Shown here: in pieces, positions 12,987 through 27,369 of the stretch | Layout of the letters: each line of letters starts with the position of its first letter | How positions within the stretch are numbered: position 1 is the first letter of the stretch | From: Octopus sinensis | Taxonomy: Eukaryota | Assembly (NCBI RefSeq): GCF_006345805.1 | Contig: NC_043013.1 | Location: 28,768,001 to 28,832,000 of the forward strand | DNA: 64,000 nt | Direction: 5' to 3' | Program-made: the position numbers and the translations under genes | Notes under the pieces: model-generated | The model's database searches: none | The model's input: only the letters and a program-made list of their open reading frames with translations | Told to the model about the DNA's origin: nothing

Positions 12987-13206
12987 GTTATTATTATTTA
13001 AGGTGGTGAGCTGGCAGAATTGCTAGCATGCCGGGTGAAATTCTTAGTGGCTGAGGTTGACTTTATCTTTGTATTTCATCCTTTCGGGGTCAATAAATTA
13101 AGTACCAGTGGAACACTGGGGTCGTTCTAATCAACTGGCCCTCCTCCCTGCAAAATTTCAGGCCTCTTGCCTATAATAGAAAGGATTGTTATTATTATTG
13201 TTATCA

Positions 13207-13241
<35 letters not shown>

Positions 13242-13606
13242 TAGTTTTTTTTTTATAGCGTGCTTCACTTCACTACCGAGCGCAGCTCTGTGTGCCTTGG
13301 GTATGTGCTGTGATTTGTTGTGATGCTCTGATGGTATTGTATGGAAAGTGTCTGCGTAGGATGTGTGCAGTGCCTAGTAGTGCAATTTTCTGTATGTTAT
13401 ATGTGTTTGTAAGTTCCTGGTGTTTTGTTATGTATTTGTCTGAATATTTTTTTTCATGCCTAATGCACCTACTATGATAGGAATTGTTTCTGTTTTCAGA
13501 TTCCACATTCTAGTTACCTCTATTTCCAGGTCTTTGTATTTTGAGAGTTTCTCCATTTCTTTTAGAGACACGTTGTCATCTGTCGGTATTGATACATCTA
13601 TTATTA

Positions 13607-13665
<59 letters not shown>

Positions 13666-13868
13666 TAAGGTAGCAAGCTGGCAGAATCATTAGCATGCTG
13701 GGTGAAATTCTTAGCAGTATTCACCCATCACTACATTCTAAGTTCAAATTCTGCCAAGGTCAACTTGCTTTTCATCTTTTCGGGATAAATAAATTAAGTA
13801 CCAGTCAAGTACTGCAATCGATGTGATTGACTATCCCGCTCCCTTAAAATTCTGGGCCTTGTGCCATG
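12490..13868 (+). mobile_element. Head-to-tail cluster of SINE family B (aaggcggcgagctggcagaa...ggggtcgataaattaagtaccag...), separated by (TTA)n
   Basis: Copies at about 12490, 12725, 12999 and 13667. The family also occurs at about 6837, 8401, 8620, 11540, 27910, 30597 (+) and 30300, 31610, 31850, 34525, 40690, 55100, 57270, 57435, 58140 (-). Confidence 0.85.
13245..13605 (-). mobile_element. 5'-truncated R4/Dong RLE 3' end within (TAA)n
   Basis: IIDVSIPTDDNVSLKEMEKLSKYKDLEIEVTRMW..IPIIVGALG..KIALLGTAHILRR; flanked by (TTA)n on both sides. Confidence 0.85.
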
Positions 13869-13869
13869 A

Positions 13870-14515
13870 CTAGTGACTGAGATCTTTGGAAATATGCAGT
13901 GCGTGAGAAGACCCGGCAAGCCATGTGAGACTATAATCTTTGGCCTATGCCAGGGGTGTAACCAGCCCACTTATGCATACCTTTCCTACATTAGACACTA
14001 AACTCTGCTTGCGAAGACCTGTTGAGGCAAGTGAAATCGAAATCAAATCAAATTCGCAAATTTGATAACTGGCACCTGTGCCAGTTGAGCGCTAAGAGCA
14101 CCATCCGAGTGTGATCACTACCAGAGCAGCTGACTGGCTTCAGTGCTAGTGGCATGTAAAAAGCGCTATTCAAACCTGATCGTTACCAGCGTTGCCTTAT
14201 TGACACATGAAAAATATTCAAGCAAGGTCATTGCCAGTGCCGCTGGACTGGCTGCTGTGCTCGTGGCATAAAAAAACACCACTTGAGCATGGCTGTTGCC
14301 AGTACCACCTGACTGGCCCCCATACTGGTGGCACATAAAAGCACCCACTACACTCTCGGAGTGGTTGGTGTTAGGAAGGGCATCCAGCTGTAGAAACTCT
14401 GCCAGATCAGATTGGAGCCTGGTGCAGCCATCTGGTTTGCCAGTTTCCGTCAAAATGTCCAACCCATGCTAGCATGGAAAGCGGGCGTTAAACGATAATG
14501 ATGATGATGATGATG
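13870..14515 (+). mobile_element. Older, non-arrayed family C element with longer 5' region
   Basis: Shares agacccggcaag, gaagacctgttgaggcaagtgaaatc, the ggcac..taaaa subrepeats, gtggttggtgttaggaagggcatccagctg and the (TGA)n tail. Further shorter or decayed copies at about 18400, 21140, 26970, 36310, 37460, 41780, 45210, 47620, 50460 and 52535. Confidence 0.8.
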
Positions 14516-15599
14516 ATTATTATTATTACTATTATTATTATTATTATTGAGAAATTTTCTTAGACTTCCTGCTTTTTGGAACTTATATCAATGTAGATCT
14601 ATATCTTTTTATCAATAAGGAAATTTTTTTTCTTTTTTCTTTTCCCCTTTGGGAATCCATATGTTTCTTAGATGATGCCAACAACTATTTTAGTGCCAAA
14701 AGAGTAAAAGAGTAAAATTCTGGTGCAATAAGTCTTCACTTGAACTCTGAAATTAAATTTTACCTGTTATTAATTCTGTCTCTGTCAGTAATATGATATT
14801 CAAGTAATGATGCAAAAATGGCCACAGGCTGCTCTCAATATCATTTCGTGACTATTATAGAATTTTAGTATTTTTAGAGGGTCAGCGTATATATGCGTGT
14901 GTGTCTGTATTTTGTATATGTGTGTGTGTGAGTATGTGTGTTTATGATAGATATGTGTGTGTGTATTGGGGTGGTTAAATAATTTAACATTCCAACAGAA
15001 AGTAAAGGGATTAGCTTCTGTGTCTTTATTCTCTCTCTCTCTTTCTCTTTCTCATGCTTTTTTGTTCCTTTCTATCTTTCTTTTTCTCCCTTCTTTCTTA
15101 CTGTGTTTCTTTCTTTCCTTCTTCCCGTTCATTCTTTCTTTCTGTCTTTGTTTCTTTTTTTGTTTTTCTCTTTCTTCCTTCATTCCTTCCTTCCTTCCTT
15201 CCATTCACAAAAACCCCAGCTGCTGTAGAGTCGATGAACGAGTCTCTTCATGGTTGCCTGACTTGCTAGAAACAGCAGCCAAATCTCATACCATACTCTG
15301 ACATCTTAACTGGAAGATCTCCTTTGTTAGTCTATTTGTAGACACAACTGGGTGCAGGTATGGCTATGGGGATGTGTTTATAATGTTTCCCATGTGGGCC
15401 TGGGGTCAATCAGACTGCATGGCACCTTGGCCAAATGTCTTTTACTATAGCCCTGGGCCAACATCAGCTTTGTGAGCAGATTTGGTTGACAGAAACTGAA
15501 AAAAGCCTATTTTATTTACGTACATACACAATATATGATGGCTGTCCACTTGTGACTGCGTGAGACCATTGCTGACCTTCAGAAACATTGTGCGCTCTA

Positions 15600-15970
15600 G
15601 GACTAACTTATATTTTGCATTTGTGGCTCTATTGGTGGCTAATGTGCTCTGCTCTGGACAAGCATAAATGACTGCAAACATTGCAAACCAAGCTTTTCCC
15701 CATTCACTATACCAGCAGTACACTTTCGAGCAGCACATTTAAGTTTTTCAAGCAGAATACGTGCTCTCTCAAAGGTGTCGACCCCCTCCTTAACCTGCTT
15801 CCTCCATCTGTGGCGATGACAGGCATTGCTCTCCCAGTCAGTTTCCTGAATATCACAGGCCTTTAATGAGGACTTGACACAGTCCTTAAATTACAGCCAT
15901 GGTTTCTGCCGGGGTCTCTTTCTGTTCACAAGTTCCCCATATAGCATCTGCTTAGGGATCCTGCTATCCT
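15600..15970 (-). mobile_element. RTE-clade LINE C-terminal fragment
   Basis: FKDCVKSSLKACDIQETDWESNACHRHRWRKQVKEGV, typical of the RTE/BovB-like ORF end; contains stop codons. Confidence 0.7.
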
Positions 15971-16227
15971 TCATAATACATACATACATGCATGCATGCA
16001 TTAGAATCTGGATGAACTGGGATTTTCAGAAAGAGAAATCAACCGACTAATTTGTACATTACAAGTGCAATCTGTGAGGGGAACAGTAAAAATATGCAAG
16101 ACATTTCTCAAGTTCCAAATGTGAATTTGTCTGTGTTAACTACATCCCAAAGCTGGAGCTTATATCTTTGTTGGAAACCGGCTCCCTTCTCAATGGAAGA
16201 TTTATAAAGATGAAAAAATTGAAGAGA

Positions 16228-16273
<46 letters not shown>

Positions 16274-17461
16274 TACATATGTATACATATTAAAAATGAA
16301 GAAGGCCAGTTTATGGGATTACCATAAAATATTTTTAAGAGGTCTTGGGAACAGGTTTTGGGACCTGACAATATGCCATAAAGCTAAACCCTTTATGGAC
16401 AGGAAACCTAAGGTAATCCCATAAACTGTCGCTTCCCTCTTTTTTAATATATACTACTCTACATCTTAGAGTGTGCTTCTTCTTTCAGATTTATGTTTTT
16501 TACAGACGATTCTCATACACCCCCCCCCACACACACATTTTATCTTATACTTATTTCAGTCTTTAGACTGCAACCTGGCTGGGGCACCTCCTTGAAGAAT
16601 TTTTATTTGAATGTTTTGACCTCAGTACCATTTTCTTTTTTAAGCCTAGTACTGGTTCTATTGGGGATGTAAACACTCCAACACCGGTTAAATGGTAGTG
16701 GAGGACAAACACAGACACTAATGCACACAAACACATATGACATACTTCCATAAAGTTTCCATCTCCCACAATCACTTACATGGCATTAGTTCACTCGGTT
16801 ATAGTAGAAGACACTTTGTCCAAGGTGCCATGCCATGGGACTGAACCTGAAACCATGTGGTTGCAAAGTGAGCCTCTTAACCACACAGCCATGACAGTGC
16901 CTTATAGCTAAAAAGAAAATAAGAAAAAGAAAAAGAAAACAGAATCAATTAATCAATGGTTTTCAAAATCACAGAATTGAGAAGGTGAGCAAATGTTGAA
17001 CGAGAGGGTAAAATAAGGGACGTAACTCTTATAAACCTAAACATTTAAGCATCAGGCTCTTCTAAAGAAGGAGAGAAAAGATAAGTATCGGGACGAGAAA
17101 AAGAAAGGGGGGTTGAATATGTCATGTACTAAATGGGGTTTGTGAAAGCAAATTAAATATTAATCTAAGCGTTTTTATCTAATATTGTGATATAGTAATA
17201 TATGTATGTATATGAGATTAATATTAAACAGATCTTATTGTAGTTTTCAGAGATTTCAATGAGATTTTTGTAGATATAAATTAACTGATGAAAATGTAAA
17301 TAAAGATTTTAAAGTAATTTAAGATAGGAAATTAATTTGTGGAGATATGTATAAATATTGAAAGTTTATAGCCAAAATTATATATAATTACATACATACG
17401 TATATCTATATATATAGATATAGATATAGTTATAGATATACATACATACATATATATTATA

Positions 17462-17505
<44 letters not shown>

Positions 17506-18012
17506 GCATATACATATATATATATATGTATGTATATAAAAGTACAGAAGGTAGGGGAAAAAAAAAATATCTTGGAACAGAATAGCAACTGAACTAAAAC
17601 GGATATTAGTGGGAAATGCCATCTGTGGGAAATTAATGAAATTAAGGGGAGATAAACTGTAATATTTTATGTGTAAAATTAAATAATCTGAAATTAGTAG
17701 GCATTGAATTAGCTGCAAGCAGGGTGAAATAAGAAAAGGCTTGGTAGAAAAAAAATGGAAAAGAAGTGGAGTTATATGCGAATGTGTAGAGCTGCATTGT
17801 TGTGGATGAGAAAAAAAAAGAGATGAGTCATTCTGATATTTCAATATAGGTACAGGAGTGATTGTGTAGTAAGAAACATGCTTACCAACCACATGGTTCT
17901 GGGTTCAGTCCCACTGTGTGGCACCTAGGGCAAGTGATTTCTACTATAGCCTTGTGAGTGGATTTGGTAGATGGAAACTGAAAGAAGCCTGTCATTTGTA
18001 TATATATATAGA

Positions 18013-18055
<43 letters not shown>

Positions 18056-18262
18056 TTGTGTGTCTTCGTTTGTAACCTCCCCACCATCACTTGACAACTG
18101 ATGTTGGTGTGTTTACGTCCCCATAACTTAGTGGTTAGAGAGTGATAGAATAAGTTCTAGGCTTTAAAAAAAAAGTCCTGGGGTCAATTTGTTCGATAAA
18201 GGCAGTGCTCCAGCATGGCCACAGTCAAAGTGACTGAAACAAGTTAAAGAATAAAAGAATTA

Positions 18263-18304
<42 letters not shown>

Positions 18305-18549
18305 CAACAAGCTGGGACTAATGTTATTGCTTTGGTAAAAATGCTTAGTGGTATTTCTTCCAGTTTTGCATTCTGGGTTCAAATTCCACCGAAGTTGACT
18401 TACAGCTGTAGAAACTCTACCAGATTGGAGCCTGGCGCAGCCATCTGTTCACCAGTCCTCAGTCAAATCGTCCAACCATGCTAGCATGGAAAGCGGACGT
18501 TAAACGATGATGATGATGATATATATATATATATTATATACATATACAT

Positions 18550-18621
<72 letters not shown>

Positions 18622-18625
18622 TTCT

Positions 18626-18948
18626 AGGTAAATTCCACTACAGTAAATACCATGACAATAAATTTCATTATAGGTAATATAAATACATTTTAGATCACAT
18701 TTTATTCACACATTAAGATAAAAATGATGGCAAGTACATAAAAATGGATAAAGAATATGAATACATTTTAGCTCACATTTTATTCACATATTTGCATAAA
18801 AATGATGGTGAGTACATAAAAATAAAGTTATGAAAAAAAGTTATTATATTTGAAGAAGATTCTTTTCTGACAAATTGTGTGCAATATTTCTTAGAAATTT
18901 TTCAGTCTGATAATTTCCAACTAGCTTCTTAATCATGCATCAATCATT

Positions 18949-18983
<35 letters not shown>

Positions 18984-20525
18984 GTTTTCAACCCCCATGT
19001 CGAATGTGTGCAATTTTCATCTGGCTTAAGCCTACTTTAGTCTGAAGAGTATTGCAAAGTTTCCACAAATTTGGATGTGTGGATGTTATTGATGACTGCA
19101 AAGTGTTGTGGAACCCTTCTACCAAATTATTTGCTCTTGGCAAGTCATTTAAAATGCAGTCATTCATATTCCAGAGTTGGATAAGAAATTCTGGGGTTTC
19201 TCTTCATAAACGAAGACCACGTCCCTTTACAGTCTCAATGTATGAATTCTCAAAATAAGTGATAAACTCAGAAGGGATGCTTTCATCGTCAGACAAATCT
19301 TTAACTCCATTGACAACACCTTCAATTGGTAAAAATGCTAAAGCACAAAAAGACTTAAGTTTAAGCTGAAAACTTTCATCCATGTTGTATCTCCTACTCT
19401 CACCAAGTGCACATATTTTCTACCAAATATACTGTCTCAGATGAAAAACACACCCAACTACTTCTAAATGTGGAAATACTCAAATGTGGAAATACTCTAA
19501 ATATGGAAATACTCAAATGAATAATGGAGAGCTTTTTCCAAAGTCCATGAAATAGGTCACAGGTCAACAATTTGCCCTTAAATCCCACACAGCAGACAGA
19601 ACACGATGATATGAGGATTCTTATTTGTCAAGAAGTAAGGCAAATAACCTGGGCACACTTGATCCTCCAATGATGATACGTAGCCTGAAAAGCTGACACC
19701 ACAAACTAGAAGATACCTTAAAAGTCCCATCACAGGCCCAATTTTCAGAGCTTTCTAGATCATCCAGTCCTTTTTCTGAGGAAAAAACAAAAATTCTGTC
19801 CGAGTCACCAATGCCTCTGTCAAAGACCAAAAACAAGGACCCATTTTCTAAGTACTTAACTGCATCAGGAATTTCAAACCCTGAACGATTAGTTGGAAGT
19901 GCTGGGATTCCTAAAGCATGCTGCCTCCAGTTACGTCTGTTACATGAAAATCCAGGAATACTTTGCAACAATAATTGTGCTTCCTCGTCGAGATTTTGTA
20001 CAGCAGTAGCTATTACTTCCCGTGAAGATACTGTGCTTGTTCTCATTACTTCACTTTTCATTGAATTAACTGCCTTTCAGGCATTAATGTATGCACTGCT
20101 TGCTGAGTGATTATGGAAGCCTGTTGAAAAAATAACTTCTGGTATACTGGAGTTGAAAGTTGTACGTAGTCTAGCCTGGCAACCTTTGTAAAAACGTTCA
20201 CGATGCCAATATACTTTACGTATATATGATTCTCTTTGTCACAAAACTTACCTTTGTTCTTCTCTGATATTATAAATGTTGCCATGGTTGAGGGTTTCAA
20301 AGTTCAAAGTTAAACTGAACAGAAAAAAATTAGCAGTACAGTGAAATTCAATTAAAAATTGAGTAACAATGGCATAAACTTATACTTTAGCTAACGACTA
20401 ATTAGTTGAGAAATGTGTAATTAGTTTTCTATAGATCGTTTACTGTAGTTGAATTTACCTTAGTTAAATATGCTGCAGTGAATTTTACTTATAGTGCAAT
20501 TTTCTGAGTGGAATTTACTGGTCAT
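18626..20525 (-). mobile_element. Decayed Mutator-like (MULE) DNA transposon
   Basis: Transposase remnants about 18990-20290: WACDGTFK..QLF, VPRLFALL, ALAFLP, LPRANNLVEGFH. Inverted repeat aggtaaattccactacagtaaa (18626-47)/tttactgtagttgaatttacct (20439-60). Confidence 0.8.
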
Positions 20526-20681
20526 GATATATATATATATATATATATATATATTGAAAATGGGGAAGGCTGGTTTATGGGAATACCTTAGGTTTCCCGT
20601 CCATAAAGGGTTTAGCTTTATGGTGTATCGTCAGATCCCAAAACCTGCTCGCTCAAGACCTCTTAAAATATATGTATGTGC

Positions 20682-20742
<61 letters not shown>

Positions 20743-23700
20743 AACACATACTCACACACAATTGTCTTCCACACAGTTTCCATCTATGAAGCTTGGAGAA
20801 TCATTAGTGTGTCAGGAAAAATGCTTCTTCTGAGTTGAGATTCCATTGAAGTTGACTTCACCTTTCAGCTTTTCAGGATCAATTAAATTAGTATCACTTG
20901 AGCCCTAGGGTAGATGTATAATTGTCTGGTCCTCTCCACCAAAGTTTCAGGTCTTGTACCTATAGCAAATCAGTAGAAAGGAAAATGAATACATATAGTT
21001 GTTATGTTTACAGAAATTAATATTTGAATTGACTCATGATTCAAATAATGGTTAGACAGATAGGAAGAATAAGCAGAAGTTGGAATGGGTTGGATTGTTC
21101 CACAGGATGTGGTGAGTCAGAAGACAGCATCAAGCTCTGCTGTCTACTTTGGAATGGATTCTACTGCCAGATACTCTTTCTAATGACAACTGTTTTACAG
21201 AGGGTACCAGGTGCTTTTTACATGGCACCAGCACCTTTGAGGTCACCAAATATCTTGCAAGACCAGACTCCTCAACTGAGGCATGAGTGAGTTGTACTGA
21301 GGGTCAGAAATAGATGTCTTGCAGTAGAGAAGAAACATGGCTTCCGCATATGAGGAGGAAGAGGGAGAGAGAGGAGAGTGAAAGAGGAAGGAAAGAGAGG
21401 GAGGAAAGAGATGAGAAGATGAAGATGCGATGAGGGCATACACCAAAGTTACAGGGAGATGTATATAAAAATATATAACCTGAGATATTTGTGTATAAGT
21501 TGGCATTAATAGATAGACATGCTTTATGGCTGGATAACCTTTCTGCTGCCAATCTTTTTAGCTGTTGCTTATGACATGACATGGTATACCCAGTGGTTAG
21601 AGTGTTGCATTCACGACTATGAGTTCATGGTTTCAATTCCCAGACCAGCCATACTTTGTGTTCTTAAGCAAAACACTTCATTTCACATTGCCCCAGTCCA
21701 ATCAGCTGTAAACGAGTAACTTTGCAATGGATTGGTGTGCAAGTGGCACAGGAGTAGCTGTGTGGTAAGAAACTTGCTTTCCAACCACATGGCTCTGGGT
21801 TCAGTCCCACTGTGTGGCACCTTGGGCAAATGTTTTCCACTATAGCCTCTGACTGACCATAGCCTTGTGAGTGAATTTGGTAGATGGAGACTGAAAGAAG
21901 CCTGTCATGTACACGTGTGTGTGTGTGTGTTTGTGCTCTTAACATTGCTTGACAACCGATGTTGGTGTGTTTACGTCCCTGTAACTTAGCAATTTGGAAT
22001 AAGTGCTAGGCTTACAAAGAATAAATCCTGGGGTCGATTTGTTCGACTAAAGGCGGTGCTCCAGCATGGCCACAGTCAAATGACTGAAACAAGTTAAAGA
22101 ATGAAAGAACATACTTACAAACACTGTGGGATTGAACCTGAAACAGGGTTATTGGGAAGTAAACTTCCTCACTGTATAGTTACACCTGTGCCTATTTGTA
22201 AATGTATGTGTATATACATACATAGATGCATATATATATATATATATATATATAACGGGAAGCTTTATGAAAATAGACAAAAGACGAAGGCAGGTGGAAT
22301 GTATATATATATATATACACACACACACATATATACACAACCACATGCACAAAATAAATATATGTGTGGATCTACATTCATAAATACGTACACCCCAAAA
22401 CAGACTATGTATATGTGTATGCGTGTGTTTGTGTGTGTCCGTTTACATATATACACACCTACGCTGATAGCTACACACACACACACACACACACACATGC
22501 ACACTTATATATATACATCTACATATACAAATGCATGCATGTGCATGCAATTATAATGCAGAATAAAAGTAGACTCTCAAATATTACATATCCATCTCGC
22601 CATAGATTTAATTTCCTATTTTAAATTACTTTTAAGTCTTATTTATTCGTATATTTATTTCTATCTCTATCTGGTTTTCGAACTAAGTAAATCTGCAAAT
22701 CTCATGAAATTCTCAGTAAACTATCACAAGTGTTATTTTTATAAAAAAAAAATTTTTTATGAAATATATAATCTCATATACGTATATTACTATATGATAA
22801 CACCTCATAAACAGATTTGCAATAATATTTTTAATTCGCTTACACAAACACTGTTAAGTTCACGACACATATTCTCTCATCTTCTTTCTTTTCTCCATCC
22901 TCATTTTTAACTCTTCTCTCTGTCTCTTCATAAACTAATTTCTAAATGCATAAATGTATAAGAGCAGCCTCTCTAACTCTACACCATCACACAACATTAG
23001 CTACCTCTCCATCATTTATAGATTTTCGAAAACCATCTGTTAATTTATTCTGGAACATTTTTTTTGCCTGTAGCTTACATATAACTAATTTCAACTACAA
23101 GCCTTTATTACTACGCTCCACCCCACCTCATTTAAAATAACTCTAACTTCTTTCATTTTACTTTTAACTTCCTACCATTAATTAAAATATATGTCATCTC
23201 TCTCTTAGCTGTAATAATATTTCTTTATATATTTTGTATATACATATTGCTCTTTTACTTCTACTTGTTTCAGTCATTTGACTGCGGCCATGCTGGAGCA
23301 CCGCTTTTTAGTTGAATAAATCAACCCTAGGACTTACTCTTTGTAAGCCTAGTACTTATTCTATCGGTCTCTTTTGCCAAACCACTATGTTACAGGGACA
23401 TAAACACACCAACATTGGTTGTCAAGCAATGTTGGGGATACAGATACCAACACATGAACATCTAATACATACATACATACATATATATGACGGGCTTCTT
23501 TCAGTTTCTATTTACCAAACCCACTCACAAGGTTTTGGTCAACCCGATGCTATAGTAGAAGACACTTGCCCAAGATGCCATGCAATGCGACTGAACCCAA
23601 GACCATGTGGTTGAGAAGCAAGCTTCTTACCACACAGCCATGCCTACACCTCATACATAAATACATACATAATCCAACAAGAACCAAATGCATTTTAATA

Positions 23701-23822
23701 AACATCTTTGAGCATGTTCTTGTTAAGCTTTCTTATGAGATTATTCCATAAATCTGTTTTGTGCTTTGATAACTACTTCAATGTGGTACCAGATGTGATG
23801 ATATGAATTAGTTTCCATTTAA

Positions 23823-24269
23823 TCCTTTTGATACCAATCTGTCTGAAACTGCCTCTGGCTCTGTAGTACAAATGTCTTGTTTTCATAAGTTTTAAATTAA
23901 AATCTTCCACCAAACCTTAGTTGCAATTTATGTTTCTAACACTAGCTTAATGATAACTAAGTTATTTTACTAAATTCTTTGTTATATTTAAAATGAATTG
24001 AAAGAAACAGAGAGCATCTCAACAGAAATATGGTAACAAAAGGGTTAAAATATATAGTAGAGAAACAATTCTTAACCCCTTCACTCTGTAGTACAAATGT
24101 TTTGTTTTCAAAAGTTTTGAATTAAAATCTCCCACCAAACCTTAGTCACAATTTATGTTCCTAACACCAGCTTAATGACAACTAAGTTACTTTACTAAAT
24201 TCTTTGTTATATTTAAAATTAATTGAATGATACACAGAATATCTCAACAGAAATCTGGTAACAAAAGGG
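23823..24269. mobile_element. Two adjacent TTAA-flanked MITEs (piggyBac-like): 23823-24044 and 24076-24269
   Basis: TTAA-(t/c)cct...ggtaacaaaaggg-TTAA; the two copies share internal sequence. Confidence 0.7.
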
Positions 24270-24289
24270 TTAAACAATACTCCAAATGT

Positions 24290-24900
24290 AGTAGTCCATG
24301 GGATTTAAATCTTGTGAGTTTGAGGACCACAAGTATGGTGTTACATGATCATATGTAAAGGTTGTCTGACAGCCATTCTTAGCTTACCTGGGTTTTGTGA
24401 ATATGTGCTAAATTTTGTTAAACTTCCTATCCCCTTCCACTGCATAATTCATCCATTGAACACATCAACATATTCATCAGCATTAATGCTAAGATTTAGT
24501 GGAAAAGATGTGAGTTAGCATGACCATGACATGACCTTCATTATTCTCTAAGACCATCATAGTTGCTAGAAACTTTGTGTGAATCACTCTAGTGACATCA
24601 GGAGGGTCTGCACATAATCAGCTTTCGTTTCTCTTGTCTTGAATTTTGGTCTTGATCAAAGTGTTTATCATCAGAGAAGAATCAAAGCATGCCATGTTCA
24701 TGAGGGCTTTTAACCTTGTTAAGTTACTTACTGGCAAGGACCAAATGGTTTTTCTGTGTCTTTGCACACATGAATTGGCTTCTCCTCAGCAAATATGATT
24801 TGCATCAAATGTCTTCATGCACCATCACATTTGATGCAAATAGGGAATCTGAAAGAAATAAAGCAAAACTCATTCAATTGGTTTCAAGAAAGTAATATGC
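24290..24900 (-). mobile_element. Decayed Tc1/mariner-superfamily transposase fragment (maT/rosa-like)
   Basis: Frame-broken motifs FFSDDKHFDQDQ, NEGHVM and NADEYVDV. Confidence 0.55.
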
Positions 24901-24974
24901 TGATAATTAAGTAAACTCCAATACTCCTTGCATCAGCCATTATTCTCCATTGAAAATTACTTGGTATCAGCATA

Positions 24975-25864
24975 CATGGTCTGATCAAAAAGTATCCGAA
25001 CTGTTGCTATAGTAACGAAGCTAAAGCACACAGAGTGAAGCCACTTGGCACAGATTGACCATGCTGTGCATGTGCACTAAGTTTTAACATTCTAGGTCAC
25101 TTCCGCTGTTTATAGCGGTACTTGGACGGAAGGTGTGTAGCGTGTGATTAACATATTGACCATGACAGAAAGTTGAGCAGAGAATCTGCATTAAATTTTT
25201 CCAAAAGCTTGGCGATACCAGCTCAGAGGCCTACGCAAAGTTTTCAAAAAGTTTTCTTCATTCTTGACACAATCAAGGAGATCTTGTGCAACTGAAACCC
25301 GAGTGTCTTTCTGGTCAGCTGAAAGCAGATTTAGCACAAACTTGACAGATATATGTCTCATAACCAAATCTTTAGTGATAATGGACTGAACTGAACTGAA
25401 CTCTAACTAATCTGCACATTCTCTGATAACTCAAGGATGGTGATTTGATGATTTCTCCTTGCAGCTGCATGAACATCTGCAATGTTTTTCTCAGTTCTGT
25501 TGGTTGTGGGTCTCCCATAATGTTCATCAATATTGACATTCTTTCAGCTATCTTAGAAACATCTGACCACTTGTACACTTGTGTGCAGCTCATACACTTC
25601 TCTCCATATACTTTCTGCAACCTTGCGTAGGCCTCTGAGCAGGTATCACCATGACAGCTTTCTCTCTCATGGTCAAAGCAACGATCACATGCTACACACC
25701 TTCCTTCCAAGCACTGCTGTAAACAGCAGACATGAGCTAGAACATTAAAACTTTGTACATATGCACAGCAAAGTTCAAGGTCAGTCTTTGCCAAGCAGCT
25801 TCACTCTGCACACTTTAGCTTTGTTATTATGGCAACAGTCTGGATACTTATTGATCAGACCACA
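24975..25864. mobile_element. Non-autonomous mariner derivative made of two opposed 5' ends (copy 1)
   Basis: TA-flanked TIR catggtctgatcaa/ttgatcagacca; arms of about 280 bp; HTH remnant EAYARLQKVYGEKCMSCTQVYKW on the - strand. Confidence 0.8.
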
Positions 25865-26883
25865 TATACCATCCTTTTGCTAATACTCTCTTTTACTCTT
25901 TTACTTGTTTCAGTCATTTGGCTGTGGCCATGCTGGAGCACTGCCTTTAGTCAAGCAAATCAACCCCAGGACTTATTCTTTGTAAGCCTAGTACTTATTC
26001 TATCGGTCTCTTTTGCCAAACTGCTAAGTTACTGTGACATAAAAACACCAGCCATTGGTTGTCAAGCGATATATATACATATATACTATGGGCTTCTTTC
26101 AGTTTCCGTCTACCAAATCCACTCACAAGGCTTTGGTTGGCCCAAGTGGGACTGAACCCGGAACCATGGGGTTGGTAAGCAAGCTACTTACCACACAGCC
26201 ACTCCTACGCCTATAGTTTATAGTTTTAGTTACTAGCATAGCCATGTGGCTCAGTGGTTGGGATATTCAGCTCACAATCATAAGGTCATGAGTTCAATTC
26301 TCAGTGGCACATTTTGTTCTTGAACAAATCACTTTATTTCATGCTGCTCCAGTTTATCTCAACTGGCAAAAATCCGTTGTACAAGTAATTCAAAATGGCC
26401 AGCCTTGTGTGACACATTCTGTGTCACACTGAATCTCTTTCAGAGCTATGTTAAAGGTACACGGGTCTGTGGAATGCTCAGCCACTTGCATGAGCAGGCT
26501 GTTCTGTGGATTGGATCAGCTGGAACTCTCATTGTCGTAATCAACAGAGTGCCAGTTAGATAAATAGTTTTAGTTGCCCGAGTTGTCACAAGCTGACACA
26601 CAGACTCTTTTGCTTGACCCACAGCCAATGTGTTGGATCATAAAGGCTATGGAATGCTGGAGAGAGGAAGGGCTACACCAGCACTTGGCTTGCACTTTAT
26701 TTACTGGCCCTGATCAGATGAAAGGAAAACTCGACCTTTGAGATTTGAACTCTGAGCATAGATGAATGCAATAAAAACTGCAAGGCACTCTATCTATTGG
26801 TCTAATGTCAATTTGCCTCCTAAAACGATATATTGATATATAATGCACACACATACACCATCATCATCATCATCGTCATCATT

Positions 26884-26934
<51 letters not shown>

Positions 26935-26935
26935 G

Positions 26936-26971
<36 letters not shown>

Positions 26972-27369
26972 CTTAACATCTGTTTTCCAAAGAGCTGGCT
27001 AGGTCAGGGGCCACACCAGGTTCCACAATCTGTTTTTAACTTTGGTTGCTATGACTAGATGCCTTTCCCAAATGCCAACCACTTTACAGAGTGTACTGGG
27101 TGCTTTTTACGTGGCACCATCACCAGTGCTTTTTACATGGCACCAGGACCTGTGGTTTTCTTTTTACATGTCATCTTGGTTTTACCATATTCTATTGTGG
27201 TGGGAAGGTCTTCTTGAAGACAGCAATGCACCACATATCTCAGTCCTTTGTCATGCCCTTCATAAAGGCTCAGCATTTTGAGATCAGCTTTCAATACTTT
27301 GTCCCCTGTCTTCCTGGGTCCTTTTCTTCCACAGCATCCCTCAACTTTGAGTGATCGGCACTTCCTTAT

